This document shows, piece by piece, positions 33,111-41,976 of a DNA stretch of 64,000 bases. The DNA comes from Dehalococcoidia bacterium (GTDB lineage: Bacteria > Chloroflexota > Dehalococcoidia > UBA2979). The position numbers and the translations under genes are program-made. Position 1 is the stretch's first letter; the number at the start of each line of letters is the position of its first letter. The notes beneath the pieces are model-generated. The model was not told the DNA's origin and did no database searches. It worked only from the letters and a program-made list of their open reading frames with translations. The stretch lies in NCBI GenBank assembly GCA_965200555.1, contig OZ241365.1:2085458-2149457 (forward strand). The letters run 5' to 3'.

Positions 33111-35036
33111 GTGAGTCTCGCCGCCCGCATCCTCGTCTCCGGTTTCGTGGTGGCCGCCGCGTTCGCGGTCGCCCTCGCGGTGCTCGCGGCGTCCTCGGGG
33201 CGGGGGGCGATCGGGGCGCAGGCCGTGCCGGTGGCGGACTCGGCGACCGAGGCCTACACCGAGTGGCTGGGACGCCCCGACGACGGGGACGACTCGAACG
33301 ACGTGCCGGACTTCAGCGTGCCCGGGCGGGTGGCGGAGAAGCGGGCGGGCGCCCGCGTGTACCTCGCGGTCACGGACCTGGGGCCGGGCGACGGGCGGGC
33401 CGTCCCGCCGGAGCCGGCGGCGACCTCGACGCTGTTCCGGTTCAGCGTCAACCCCGCGAGCGACGCGAAGGCGATCTTCCCGTGGAGCCGCGTGGACGGC
33501 GGGCGGACGCTGAGCTGCGCCGACAACCGCAACTGCGACCTCGATCCGGCCAACGACCGGATCGTCGTGCGGCTCGACATCGCCGACGACGCGCCGGACG
33601 GCTCGCGCGTGATCGTCGACCTGCGGAACGTCCTCGACCGCCGCACGACGCGGTTCGAGATTCCGGTGATCGGCGACAGGCTGGCGGCGACGGGCATCAA
33701 GGCCGAGCTCGTCGGCGGCAGCTCGGCGTCGCGTCCGGCGGACGGGACGGCGGGCAACGCCGCCCACGAGGCGGTGTTCCGCGTGCTGCTGGAGGACAAC
33801 AAGTCGCCGCCGGCGGGCTTCGCCGGCGAGGAACTGGTGGTCACGACGACGCGGGGCGTGTTCCGCAGCGCGGGCTTCGGGGAGAACTGCGCCTACGCGG
33901 GGGTGGCGCGCTGCACGCTGACGACGGACGCGAACGGCGGCTGGATCCAGCTGCGCGGCGACGGCCAGCCGGGCCCCGCGCGGCTCACCTTCCGCGCCGC
34001 CGGCTACACGGTGACGAAGGACGTGACCTTCTACGGCGAGGCGCACAGCATCGCCGCCGAGGCGGAGCAGTCCTCGGTCGCGGTGGGCGGCTCGGTGTTC
34101 GTGGTGGTGACGGTGACGGACGCGACGGGCAACGGCATCGAGGGGCGCACCCCGACGCTGGACGGCGCGGGCGTCCGCGGGCCGCACTCGCGGGCGGTGA
34201 AGGTGACGGCGACCGACCGCGCGCCGAAGGACGCGCCGGGCGAGGCCAACGACATCCCCGCCTGCCGCGACGGCACGAACGCCGACGGCCGCTGCGTGAT
34301 GCGGGTGACGGCCCCCGACCCGGCAGGCACGGCGAACGACGCGACGCGCGGGACGCACACGATCACCGTCGTCGGCGCGAGCCCGATTCCCGCCGCCGGC
34401 CGCAAGGCCGCAGTGGAGGTGACCGTGGTCGGCCCCGCCGCCCGCGTCTCGGCCGAGGCGCCGGAGCGGGTGGAGCCGGGCGCCAGCACGGACATCGCGG
34501 TGACGGTGGTGGACGACCGCGGCGCGCTGGTCGGCGCGCAGAGCGTCGAGGTCACGCGCGTCGCGGGTAGCGGCAGTCTCGTCGCGGCCGGCCCGTCCGT
34601 GACCCGCGACGGCGTGATCGTCTTCGGCTACCGCGCGCCCGCGCAGGCGGAGACGGCGGCGTTCGACATCGTGGTGCGCGCCCTCGACGCGGACGGGGCG
34701 CCGACGGGCCGCGTGCTGGCGCGGACGCGCATCGTGATTCGCGTGGGGGAGGCGGGTCCGGGGCTGCCGCTGGCCCAGCTGCTGCGTCCGCTGCCGTCGG
34801 GTGCGGGCTTCACGATCACGCTCTACGCCGGCGGGTCGATCGCCGAGCTGCGGGAGACGCTGCTGGCGGCGTGTTCCGACGAGGCGGTCACGGCCTACGC
34901 CTACGGGCCCGGCGGCAGCATCGTGCCGTACGTGCCGAACGCGCTCGTCCCGGCGGTGAACACGCGCTTCGCCGCGCTGTTCCCGTTCGGCCTGCCCGCG
35001 GACACGGGACTCATCGTCGCGCGCTGCGACCGCTGA
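33111..35036 (+). CDS. Large Ig-like-repeat surface protein, paralog 2
   Basis: GTG at 33111 (RBS GAGGGGGG) inside track ORF 32607..35036. The N-terminus VSLAARILVSGFVVAAAFAVALAVLA aligns with the start of paralog 1. It is colinear throughout (STLFRFSV, NCDLD, GGWIQLRG, VTFYGEA.SIAAEAEQ, VVVTVTD) and ends GLIVARCDR. Confidence 0.8.
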   Translation: MSLAARILVSGFVVAAAFAVALAVLAASSGRGAIGAQAVPVADSATEAYTEWLGRPDDGDDSNDVPDFSVPGRVAEKRAGARVYLAVTDLGPGDGRAVPPEPAATSTLFRFSVNPASDAKAIFPWSRVDGGRTLSCADNRNCDLDPANDRIVVRLDIADDAPDGSRVIVDLRNVLDRRTTRFEIPVIGDRLAATGIKAELVGGSSASRPADGTAGNAAHEAVFRVLLEDNKSPPAGFAGEELVVTTTRGVFRSAGFGENCAYAGVARCTLTTDANGGWIQLRGDGQPGPARLTFRAAGYTVTKDVTFYGEAHSIAAEAEQSSVAVGGSVFVVVTVTDATGNGIEGRTPTLDGAGVRGPHSRAVKVTATDRAPKDAPGEANDIPACRDGTNADGRCVMRVTAPDPAGTANDATRGTHTITVVGASPIPAAGRKAAVEVTVVGPAARVSAEAPERVEPGASTDIAVTVVDDRGALVGAQSVEVTRVAGSGSLVAAGPSVTRDGVIVFGYRAPAQAETAAFDIVVRALDADGAPTGRVLARTRIVIRVGEAGPGLPLAQLLRPLPSGAGFTITLYAGGSIAELRETLLAACSDEAVTAYAYGPGGSIVPYVPNALVPAVNTRFAALFPFGLPADTGLIVARCDR

Positions 35037-35040
35037 GGCG

Positions 35041-35068
35041 GGCGCCGCCGTCCCCGGGCGGCGGCGCC
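35041..35068. terminator. GC hairpin between convergent genes
   Basis: ggcgccgcc...ggcggcgcc forms a 9-bp stem between the surface-protein stop and the moaC stop. There is no U-tract. Confidence 0.35.
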
Positions 35069-35601
35069 TACTCCGCGCGGTAGTCGCCGGAGCGGCCGCC
35101 GGACTTCGAGGCGAGGCGGACGGCCTCGATGGTCATGCCGCGTTCGGCGGACTTGCACATGTCGTAGACGGTGAGGGCGGCGACGCCGACGGCGGTGAGC
35201 GCCTCCATCTCCACGCCGGTGCGCGCGGTGGTACGGACGGTCGCCTCGATCTCGACGGCGGCGCGCCCGTCCGCGCCGCCGTCGGCGGGGGCGAGGCGCA
35301 CCTCGACGCCGCTGATCGGGAGCGGGTGGCAGAGCGGGATCAGCTCGTGGGCGCGCTTCGCCGCCATGATGCCGGCGAGGCGCGCCGCCGCCAGCACGTC
35401 GCCCTTCGGCGCCTCGCCCGTCGCGATCAGCGCGAGCGTCGCCGGCGACATCGTCACGCGCCCGCGCGCCGTCGCCTCGCGCCGCGTGGCGGGCTTGTCC
35501 GAGACGTCGACCATGCGCGCGCCGCCGTCCGCGCCGAGGTGGGAGAGGGCGGGAGCGTCCTCGCCGCCGGGGGCGCCTCGGGCCGACGCGCCGCTAGCCA
35601 C
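35068..35601 (-). CDS. moaC: Cyclic pyranopterin monophosphate synthase MoaC
   Basis: GTG at 35601 overlaps the moaA stop (GTGGCTAG). Contains [19 protein letters not shown]...[15 protein letters not shown]...[23 protein letters not shown]. It lies inside track ORF 35068..35877. Confidence 0.88.
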   Translation of the reverse strand: MASGASARGAPGGEDAPALSHLGADGGARMVDVSDKPATRREATARGRVTMSPATLALIATGEAPKGDVLAAARLAGIMAAKRAHELIPLCHPLPISGVEVRLAPADGGADGRAAVEIEATVRTTARTGVEMEALTAVGVAALTVYDMCKSAERGMTIEAVRLASKSGGRSGDYRAE

Positions 35602-36667
35602 CGATGTACGACATCTCGATGCGCGGGGAGGCCTCGGGCAGGCCGGGGGTGGCGGTCGAGCGCAGCTCGGAGTAGCGGTCGTCGCGGACGCGCCAGACGC
35701 CGCGCACGATCGCGGCCAGCTCGCCGTCGCCCGCGCCCCCCCGCAGCGGCGCGCGCAGGTCCGTGCCGAGGGCGGCGAAGAGGCAGGTGTAGAGCGAGCC
35801 GTCGGCGGAGAGCCGCGCGCGCGTGCAGTCGCCGCAGAAGGGGGCCGTGACCGAGGTGATGAAGCCGATCTCGCCACCGCCGTCGAGGTAGCGCCAGCGG
35901 CGGGCGACCTCCCCGCGGTACGAGGGCTCGAGCGGCTCGATCGGCAGCTCCGCGGCCACGCGCGCGGCGAGCTCGGCGGCGGGCACGACGTCGCCGAGCT
36001 CCCAGCCGTTGGTCGCGCCGACGTCCATGTACTCGATGAAGCGCAGGACGTGGCCGCTGCCGCGGAAACGGCGGGCGAGGGCGAGGGCGGTGTGGTCGTT
36101 GACGCCGCGCTTGATCACGGCGTTGACCTTGACGGGGCGCAGGCCCGCCGCCGCCGCCGCCTCGATGCCGTCGAGGACGGCGGCGACGGGCACGCCGGTG
36201 TCGTTCATGGCGCGGAAGACGGCGTCGTCGAGGGTGTCGAGGGAGACGGTGACGCGGTCGAGGCCGGCCTCGGCGAGGGGGCGGGCGAGGCTCGTGAGCA
36301 GCGAGCCGTTGGTGGTCATCGCGATCGCCGCATCGGGCGCGGCCTCGCGCAGGCGGGCGACGAGCGCGGGCAGGTCGGCGCGCAGCGTCGGCTCGCCGCC
36401 GGTCAGCCGCAGCTTGCGGACGCCGAGGCCGGCGAACACCCCGGCGAGGCGCGCGATCTCCTCGAACGTCAGGATCTCCTCGCGCGGCAGGAACGCGAAA
36501 CCGGGGCCGAAGACCTCGCGCGGCATGCAGTAGCGGCAGCGGAAGTTGCAGCGGTCGGTGACGGAGATGCGGAGGTCGCGCAGCGGCCGCCCGAAGGCGT
36601 CGGCCAGCCCGGCTCCGCCCTCGGCGCCGCCGTTCGCGGATGCGCGCGTCGCGTCGGGGTCGCTCAT
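35594..36667 (-). CDS. moaA: GTP 3',8-cyclase MoaA (radical SAM)
   Basis: Track ORF of 357 aa with [18 protein letters not shown] (the CxxxCxxC radical SAM motif) and the C-terminal cluster region [14 protein letters not shown]. Confidence 0.92.
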   Translation of the reverse strand: MSDPDATRASANGGAEGGAGLADAFGRPLRDLRISVTDRCNFRCRYCMPREVFGPGFAFLPREEILTFEEIARLAGVFAGLGVRKLRLTGGEPTLRADLPALVARLREAAPDAAIAMTTNGSLLTSLARPLAEAGLDRVTVSLDTLDDAVFRAMNDTGVPVAAVLDGIEAAAAAGLRPVKVNAVIKRGVNDHTALALARRFRGSGHVLRFIEYMDVGATNGWELGDVVPAAELAARVAAELPIEPLEPSYRGEVARRWRYLDGGGEIGFITSVTAPFCGDCTRARLSADGSLYTCLFAALGTDLRAPLRGGAGDGELAAIVRGVWRVRDDRYSELRSTATPGLPEASPRIEMSYIGG

Positions 36668-37284
36668 GCCAGCTCCCGCAGCACCTCCAGTATCGCACGC
36701 GCGGCGAGCCCGCGATGGCTGACGGCGTGCTTCTCCTCGCCCAGTTCGGCCATCGTGCGGCCGCCGGGCAGCTCGAAGATCGGGTCGTAGCCGAAGCCCT
36801 CGGCGCCGCGGGGGGCGGCGGCGATGCGGCCCTCGACGGTCGCCTCACGCGCGTACGTCGCGCCGCGCGGGAGCGCGAGGGCGAGCACCGCGCGGAAGCG
36901 CGCGCCGCGGCGCGCGGGCGGCGCGCCCCCGAGCTCGGCGAGCAGCCGCGCGTTGCGCTCGGCGGGGCCCGCCGAGGGGCCGCCGTAGCGCGCCGAGAGC
37001 ACGCCCGGCCGCCCGCCGAGCGCGTCGACCTCGAGGCCGGAGTCGTCGGCGAGGGCGGGCAGGCCGGAGACGGCGGCGTGGCGCACGGCCTTCGCCACGG
37101 CGTTCTCGAGGTAGGAGCGCCCGGTCTCGATCACCCCGGCGCTTCCGGCGCCGGCCTCGGCGGGCGTGAGCAGCCGCCAGCCGCTGCCGGCGAGCAGCGC
37201 GCGGAACTCGGCGGCCTTGCCCGCGTTGCCCGTCGCGAGCACCAGCCGCGGCGCGTTGGCGCCGTCGGCGCCCCCGGCGGTCAC
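36664..37284 (-). CDS. rdgB: dITP/XTP pyrophosphatase (RdgB/HAM1 family)
   Basis: Contains LVLATGNAGKAAEFRALL...GGRPGVLSARY...GFGYDPIF...ELGEEKHAVSHRG. The preferred start is GTG 37284. The longer track ORF to 37440 adds a non-homologous Arg-rich leader and overlaps the next gene. Confidence 0.85.
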   Translation of the reverse strand: MTAGGADGANAPRLVLATGNAGKAAEFRALLAGSGWRLLTPAEAGAGSAGVIETGRSYLENAVAKAVRHAAVSGLPALADDSGLEVDALGGRPGVLSARYGGPSAGPAERNARLLAELGGAPPARRGARFRAVLALALPRGATYAREATVEGRIAAAPRGAEGFGYDPIFELPGGRTMAELGEEKHAVSHRGLAARAILEVLRELA

Positions 37285-37421
37285 GGGGAGCAGGCGCTGC
37301 AGCCGGTCGAGGGTTCGGCCGTGCCCCGCACCCACTCCACGCGCCGCGCCCACGCCACGAGGGCGGCAGGGCCGATCCGTCGCCGTACCGTCACGAACCC
37401 GGGCCGCCGCGCGAAATCTTC

Positions 37422-37709
37422 CTAGTGGGCCTGCGGGCAATGCAGGTCACGGATGATGACCTCCCGGTCGTCGAAACTGTAGAGCACCCAGATCTCAGGC
37501 GTGCCGGCATCCGTGTCCGCTGCCTGGACGTGCGTTCTCCAGCCCGGATGCAGGGCCGCCACGCCTGTGTGGTCCGGCGCTCGCGCCAAGCGCCACTCGA
37601 GAGCCATGTACGCTTCGTCGAAGCGAGCGATCCCTCGCCGGTACTCGTCGTGGACTGCCTGCATCGCGGGAGGGAGAACGACGGTGCGCGCTCGGAAGAA
37701 CCCGACCAC
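37422..37709 (-). CDS. Small protein downstream of the Panacea-domain gene; putative toxin partner (RelE/ParE-like C-terminus)
   Basis: GTG at 37709 lies 2 nt after the upstream stop (an alternative ATG is at 37664). The protein ends TPEIWVLYSFDDREVIIRDLHCPQAH. It lies inside track ORF 37422..38273, in a lower-GC region. Confidence 0.5.
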   Translation of the reverse strand: MVGFFRARTVVLPPAMQAVHDEYRRGIARFDEAYMALEWRLARAPDHTGVAALHPGWRTHVQAADTDAGTPEIWVLYSFDDREVIIRDLHCPQAH

Positions 37710-37711
37710 GG

Positions 37712-38245
37712 CTACCCGCCGGGATTGTAGCGTTCGATGCCCTTGTTCGCCCAAGCGATCACGTCCTGCGTGATCTCGCCGTCGTTCGCGGCCAGCGTAG
37801 CCCAGATCGGGATTTCCTCGCCGGCGTACGCCGCATCCCAGATCGCGTCGTGGGTCATGTCGCTGATCCTGCTCGCCGTGACGCTGCAGACCGCGGCGAC
37901 GACCTCCGACGTCCGCCTCCGCTCCTCGTCGCTGAGCGCATGCGGGTCCGGATCGACCAGCGAGATGAACTTCCTCGTGTCGTACAGGCTGGAGCGTTCC
38001 CGGATGACGATCTTGCCCTCGCGGCGGAGGTCCTCCAGCGCCTCGTCGATCCGGCGGGGAACGGGACCGTACTGGTGCTTCACGTAGGTTTCGCCCGTGA
38101 TCGGCTTCCCGTGCTCCTTGAATGCTCCGACGTCGGTGTACCAGAGCGCCTTGTTCAGGCGCACTGCCCCCAGGCGATCCGGACGGTCCTTGCACTCGTA
38201 CACGATGTAATGCACGAGATCCTTGAACTTCGCGTAGGCGGCCAC
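37712..38245 (-). CDS. Panacea/DUF4065-domain protein (SocA-like antitoxin family)
   Basis: GTG at 38245 with the RBS AGAGAGG, 177 aa. Contains AYAKFKDLVHYIVYEC...LGAVRLNKALWYTDVGAFKEHGKPITGETYVKHQYGPVPRRIDEAL. It lies inside track ORF 37712..38716. Confidence 0.65.
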   Translation of the reverse strand: MAAYAKFKDLVHYIVYECKDRPDRLGAVRLNKALWYTDVGAFKEHGKPITGETYVKHQYGPVPRRIDEALEDLRREGKIVIRERSSLYDTRKFISLVDPDPHALSDEERRRTSEVVAAVCSVTASRISDMTHDAIWDAAYAGEEIPIWATLAANDGEITQDVIAWANKGIERYNPGG

Positions 38246-38432
38246 GCGACACCTCTCTTTGGCCCTGCTGCAATCAGACTGTACCAAATGTGCGATATTT
38301 GACAACCTGCCGCAAGGGGCTGCCGCGGGCAGGCGAGTCCCGCAGGCCGACGGACGGGCATCGCGGGGTATGGTACGGCAAGCCGCCGCGCCGCGACGTG
38401 CCGACGGCGTGGCGGCGCCGGAGACGCCGCAG

Positions 38433-39044
38433 TCACCGGACACAGATGCGGCAGGGCCGAGGCTCCGCGCCGGCCTTGCGCCGCACCCGCGCCACGAGGT
38501 ACTCGCGGTCGGTCGAGCAGACCTTGATGTAGCCCGTCGTGGTGTGGTTGCCGCGCTTCGTGATGTGGTAGCAGATTGCGCTGTGCAGCATGAGGCCGTC
38601 CGAGGGGGCGAAGTGGCGCCCCGCGTTGATGACCCAGCCGTCGCTGTTGCGGCGTACCCAGTCGAGGTAGCCGTCCTCGTCGTCGCGGAACTTTTTGATG
38701 TCCGGTTCGCTCGCATCGCCGGTCATGGTCATCCGTCCTCCTTCGGGTAGCAGGCAGCTGCATTCGGTCGAGGGATCGGCGTCGGCCTCGCGTCGCGCCC
38801 ACTCCACGAGGGCCTCGCGGTTGGTCGAGCAGACCTTAATGCGGTCGCTGGAGGTGTAGGGCACGCCCAGCTCGCTGATGGTGTCGCAGGCCGCGTGGTG
38901 CAGCACGAGGCCGTCCGAACGGGCGAAGTGGCGCCCCACGTTGATCACCCAGCCGTTGTTGCAGTTCCGGCGCACCCAGCCGAGGTAGCCGTCCTCGTCG
39001 TCGCGGAACTTCACGACGGCCGGTTCGCTCGCCTCGCCTGTCAT
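38433..39044 (-). CDS. Hypothetical protein made of two in-frame tandem copies of a ~95-aa Cys/His-containing domain
   Basis: ATG at 39044 (RBS GGAGGA). An internal ATG at 38732 has its own GAAGGAGGA RBS. Both copies begin MTG(E/D)ASEP..KFRDDEDGYL.WVRRN..GWVIN.GRHFA.SDGL.LH...C..I...KVCST.RE. Confidence 0.65.
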   Translation of the reverse strand: MTGEASEPAVVKFRDDEDGYLGWVRRNCNNGWVINVGRHFARSDGLVLHHAACDTISELGVPYTSSDRIKVCSTNREALVEWARREADADPSTECSCLLPEGGRMTMTGDASEPDIKKFRDDEDGYLDWVRRNSDGWVINAGRHFAPSDGLMLHSAICYHITKRGNHTTTGYIKVCSTDREYLVARVRRKAGAEPRPCRICVR

Positions 39045-39045
39045 G

Positions 39046-39273
39046 TCAGCCGTCCTCCATCGAGTCGCGGGAGCCAGAGCCGGCCGAGCGCCGCTGCCGT
39101 GCAACGCCTCTTTCGCCAGCCGGTACCTGGCGTCTCCGAATTCCCGCTCCAGCCTGTCGAGGATGCCGATCGCCTGCTTCTCCAGCGCTTCGCGGGCGGT
39201 AGTCCGCGTCGCTCTTCGTCGCGCCGAGCGTGGCGGCCAGCCGCACCAGCGCGTCGCGCGTCCGCTCGCTCAC
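39046..39273 (-). pseudogene. Possible ribbon-helix-helix gene with a frameshift
   Basis: GTG at 39273 overlaps the upstream TGA (GTGA). The frame reads MSERTRDALVRLAATLGATKSDADY and then degenerates. An alternative frame continues ...REALEKQAIGILDRLEREFGDARYRLAKEAL. The switch occurs at a CCC run. Confidence 0.3.
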
Positions 39274-39902
39274 CAGCTGTACCAATCTTCGCACTCCGCT
39301 TCGCCAATTGGCCGCCAGTGAGCGGCGAGAGGGGTGAGGTTGCGGCCAAGCGGGTTGGGGGTGGCCAGAGGCGACTGCGCCCACGGGATAACCTCATGCT
39401 CCTCGATCATGACGACAGGGGCGGATCCTTCGGTATTGGTTGCGATTGCCCGCGCCCAAGCTTCCGGCGTCGGAGCGTGCGCCCACACAGGGCCAGTCAC
39501 CCCGTAGTCGCCAGGGACCTTGCCGACGCCGGTAGCCGTCCACCTCTGCGCTTGGCGCGTGTCCGGCGCAACCGTGCCGTCGGTGCGGGGTACTCCGAAC
39601 CACGTTCCGATCTGTACCCACTTCTCCAGCGGAGCCCTGCAGATCGCACCGGCGCGTCGCCCTCCGCCAGGCGCTGCCGCGCCAAGCCCCGTCTCCGCGA
39701 TCGGACGCGCCGTTTCCGCCGTGCCCGCTTCTGCCGACGCTCCGACGGCCAGCACCTCGAGATCCGTCACGCGCTGCTCGAGCAACCGGATGCGCTTGTT
39801 CAAGCCCCACTCATCCTCTTGCCGATGCGCTTCGCCCGCGCCCACGCCGGAGAACGCGAACGCCAGCGCGGCCAGCGTGGCGATCCAGTTGAGTCTCATC
39901 AT
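39270..39902 (-). CDS. Secreted hypothetical protein with a short coiled-coil segment
   Basis: ATG at 39902 (RBS GGAGTAGGAAG), 210 aa. The signal peptide is MMRLNWIATLAALAFAFSGVGAGEA. It lies inside track ORF 39270..39986. Confidence 0.6.
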   Translation of the reverse strand: MMRLNWIATLAALAFAFSGVGAGEAHRQEDEWGLNKRIRLLEQRVTDLEVLAVGASAEAGTAETARPIAETGLGAAAPGGGRRAGAICRAPLEKWVQIGTWFGVPRTDGTVAPDTRQAQRWTATGVGKVPGDYGVTGPVWAHAPTPEAWARAIATNTEGSAPVVMIEEHEVIPWAQSPLATPNPLGRNLTPLAAHWRPIGEAECEDWYSW

Positions 39903-40046
39903 CTTCCTACTCCTGCCGCGCCCGACGCCGAAGTGCCGTTCGGCGCAGGGGTGATCCGTGCGCCCTTCGCCGCATTCCGCCTCCACGCGGCCCGATAGGC
40001 ATCGCGATAGGCTTGCCGGAACTGCTCGTCCGACGGCATGGCCGGC

Positions 40047-41144
40047 CTACTCCATGTCCTCCCAGCGGTCGTCGAGGCGGGCGGCGACGGCGGGCATCGT
40101 CGTGTACTCCATCTCGTCGAGGGGGAGGCGGTGCGGCTCGAAGGGGCCGTGCTTGCGGAGGTAGTCGGCGACGCGGTTGGCCTCGGCGCGCGCGTTGTCG
40201 TACGAGGGGTCGTCGAACATGTCGCGCGGGCCGATCAGCTTGCCCTCGGCCAGCTGGAAGCCGAGCGCGACGAGGCGCGGCGGGCCGTCGAAGCGCGTCG
40301 GGTGCGCCTCGTCGACCGAGGTCGGCATCCACGGCCCGTAGTGCGAGCCGCGCATGAAGCCCTCGACCGTCCACGCCGTCGAGAACGGCTCGATCACCTC
40401 GCCGACGGCGGGGAACACGCCCTGGCAGCGCACGATCGCCGTCGGGTCGTCCTTGCCGACGTAGCGCCCGGCGATCAGCGAGAGCTTGTCGGTCGAGGAC
40501 ACGGCGCCGACCTCGCCGCTGTTGCGGCTGCGGACGCGCTTGACGGCGTAGCGCGCGGGCGAGCCGATGAAGACCAGCAGGTCGTACATCTCCTCGGGGC
40601 AGCTGAGCAGGATGCGGCGGTGGTCGCGCACGTCGTGGACCTCGAACTCGAAGCCCGCGTGCAGCGGCTCGGCGATGACGAGGCCGGCGGTGTTGAAGGG
40701 GTCGGCGAACATCTTGAAGAACGGGAGGTTGAAGGAGCCGGCCGAGGTCTTGTCGCCCATGAACACGATCACCGGCTCCGAGGGCCGCTCCTCCAGCTCC
40801 AGCTCGGCGGAGCCGGGGCCGGCGCCGCGGATGTTGCCGGAGAAGGCGTCGACGAGGATGTCCTGGCCCGCGCCGTAGAGCCGCAGCTTCTGGGCGACCT
40901 CGGTGCCGGTCTGGAAGGTGTCCCAGGCGAGGCGGTGGATCGCCTCGTCGTCCTCGCCGCGGTCGTGCGACATCACGAGGAAGAGGTCGTCGCCGCAGGC
41001 GTGCGCCTGCGCGTCGATCAGCAGCCCCGACTGGACGGCCCGCGCCAGCGACTCGCGGCCGGCGCCGAGCAGTTCGGGGTGCATGGCCGAGTGCCCCACG
41101 TAGCCGCCGACGTCCGCCTTGATCACGCTGAGGGTCTGGGGCAT
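40047..41144 (-). CDS. fbp: Bifunctional fructose-1,6-bisphosphate aldolase/phosphatase (class V FBPase)
   Basis: Track ORF of 365 aa with the hallmark N-terminus TLSVIKADVGGYVGHS. The family is typical of archaea and deep-branching or thermophilic bacteria. Confidence 0.85.
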   Translation of the reverse strand: MPQTLSVIKADVGGYVGHSAMHPELLGAGRESLARAVQSGLLIDAQAHACGDDLFLVMSHDRGEDDEAIHRLAWDTFQTGTEVAQKLRLYGAGQDILVDAFSGNIRGAGPGSAELELEERPSEPVIVFMGDKTSAGSFNLPFFKMFADPFNTAGLVIAEPLHAGFEFEVHDVRDHRRILLSCPEEMYDLLVFIGSPARYAVKRVRSRNSGEVGAVSSTDKLSLIAGRYVGKDDPTAIVRCQGVFPAVGEVIEPFSTAWTVEGFMRGSHYGPWMPTSVDEAHPTRFDGPPRLVALGFQLAEGKLIGPRDMFDDPSYDNARAEANRVADYLRKHGPFEPHRLPLDEMEYTTMPAVAARLDDRWEDME

Positions 41145-41240
41145 CGCTTCCTCCGTCGCCGCGCTCGCCCGCCGCCGGGCCTCGCCGCCTCGCGCGCGCC
41201 GCGGGACCGGCCCGCCGCCGCCCCCGATACTACACGAGGG

Positions 41241-41948
41241 CTACGGCGCGCCGTAGCGCCGCCGCAGCCCGTCGCGCGCCGCCTCGGCGAGCGGGACCAC
41301 GGTCCCGCGCAGGCCGGGGGCGAGGCCGCCGCCGCGCCCGGCGAGGAAGGCGTCGAGCGCCGCCGCCGTCTCGAGGCCGCGCGCGCGGGCGTGGGCCTCG
41401 TCGAGCGCGCGGAAGCCCTGCAGCTTGCGCGGGCCCTCGCGCCCGCCCTCGGAGATGTACCAGTCGCGGAAGGCGGCGCCGCAGCCGAGCTTGTGCAGCA
41501 GCGCGCCGAGGGGCGTCGCGACGGGCGGCGTGCGCGCCGCCAGCGCCCGCGCCGTGAGCGCGCGCGCTGGCGAGTCGTACTCGGCCATGAAGTGCCCGCC
41601 CGGCGGCACGAGGCCGGCCAGCGCCCCGAAGATCGCGCGCTCCAGCGCCGGCGTCACCGCCAGCGCGCCCCCGCCCGCGAGGGGCGGCGCGTCCGTCCAG
41701 TCCAGCACCTCGACCCAGTTGAAGCCGGGGAAGCGGCCCGCGTTGTGCAGCCCCGACAGCACCGGCGCCGCCGTGCGCCCCTCCGGCCCGTCGAGGCCGC
41801 AGCGGAAGTAGGTCGAGCCGACCTTGCTGCGCGGCCCCAGCAGCACCTCGAGCGACATGCCGCCGCCGAGGTCCGCGCCGTCGACGGCGGCGAGGGGGTG
41901 GCGCGGCTCCTCGCCCGCCCGCCGCCACGCCTCGCCGCCCCCGCGCAT
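41241..41948 (-). CDS. Hypothetical protein
   Basis: Track ORF of 235 aa. Its first 10 codons and upstream TATACT box are duplicated at the next gene. An alternative start is MSLEVLLG. Confidence 0.5.
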   Translation of the reverse strand: MRGGGEAWRRAGEEPRHPLAAVDGADLGGGMSLEVLLGPRSKVGSTYFRCGLDGPEGRTAAPVLSGLHNAGRFPGFNWVEVLDWTDAPPLAGGGALAVTPALERAIFGALAGLVPPGGHFMAEYDSPARALTARALAARTPPVATPLGALLHKLGCGAAFRDWYISEGGREGPRKLQGFRALDEAHARARGLETAAALDAFLAGRGGGLAPGLRGTVVPLAEAARDGLRRRYGAP

Positions 41949-41976
41949 GGGTGGAGTATAGCGGGCGGCGCGCGGC

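Noticed and set aside
37285-37440. The long form of rdgB starting at 37440.
   Set aside because: The extra 52 residues are Arg/Gly-rich, have no counterpart in the HAM1 family as I know it, and overlap the 3' end of the neighbouring small gene. GTG 37284 gives a normal-length protein.
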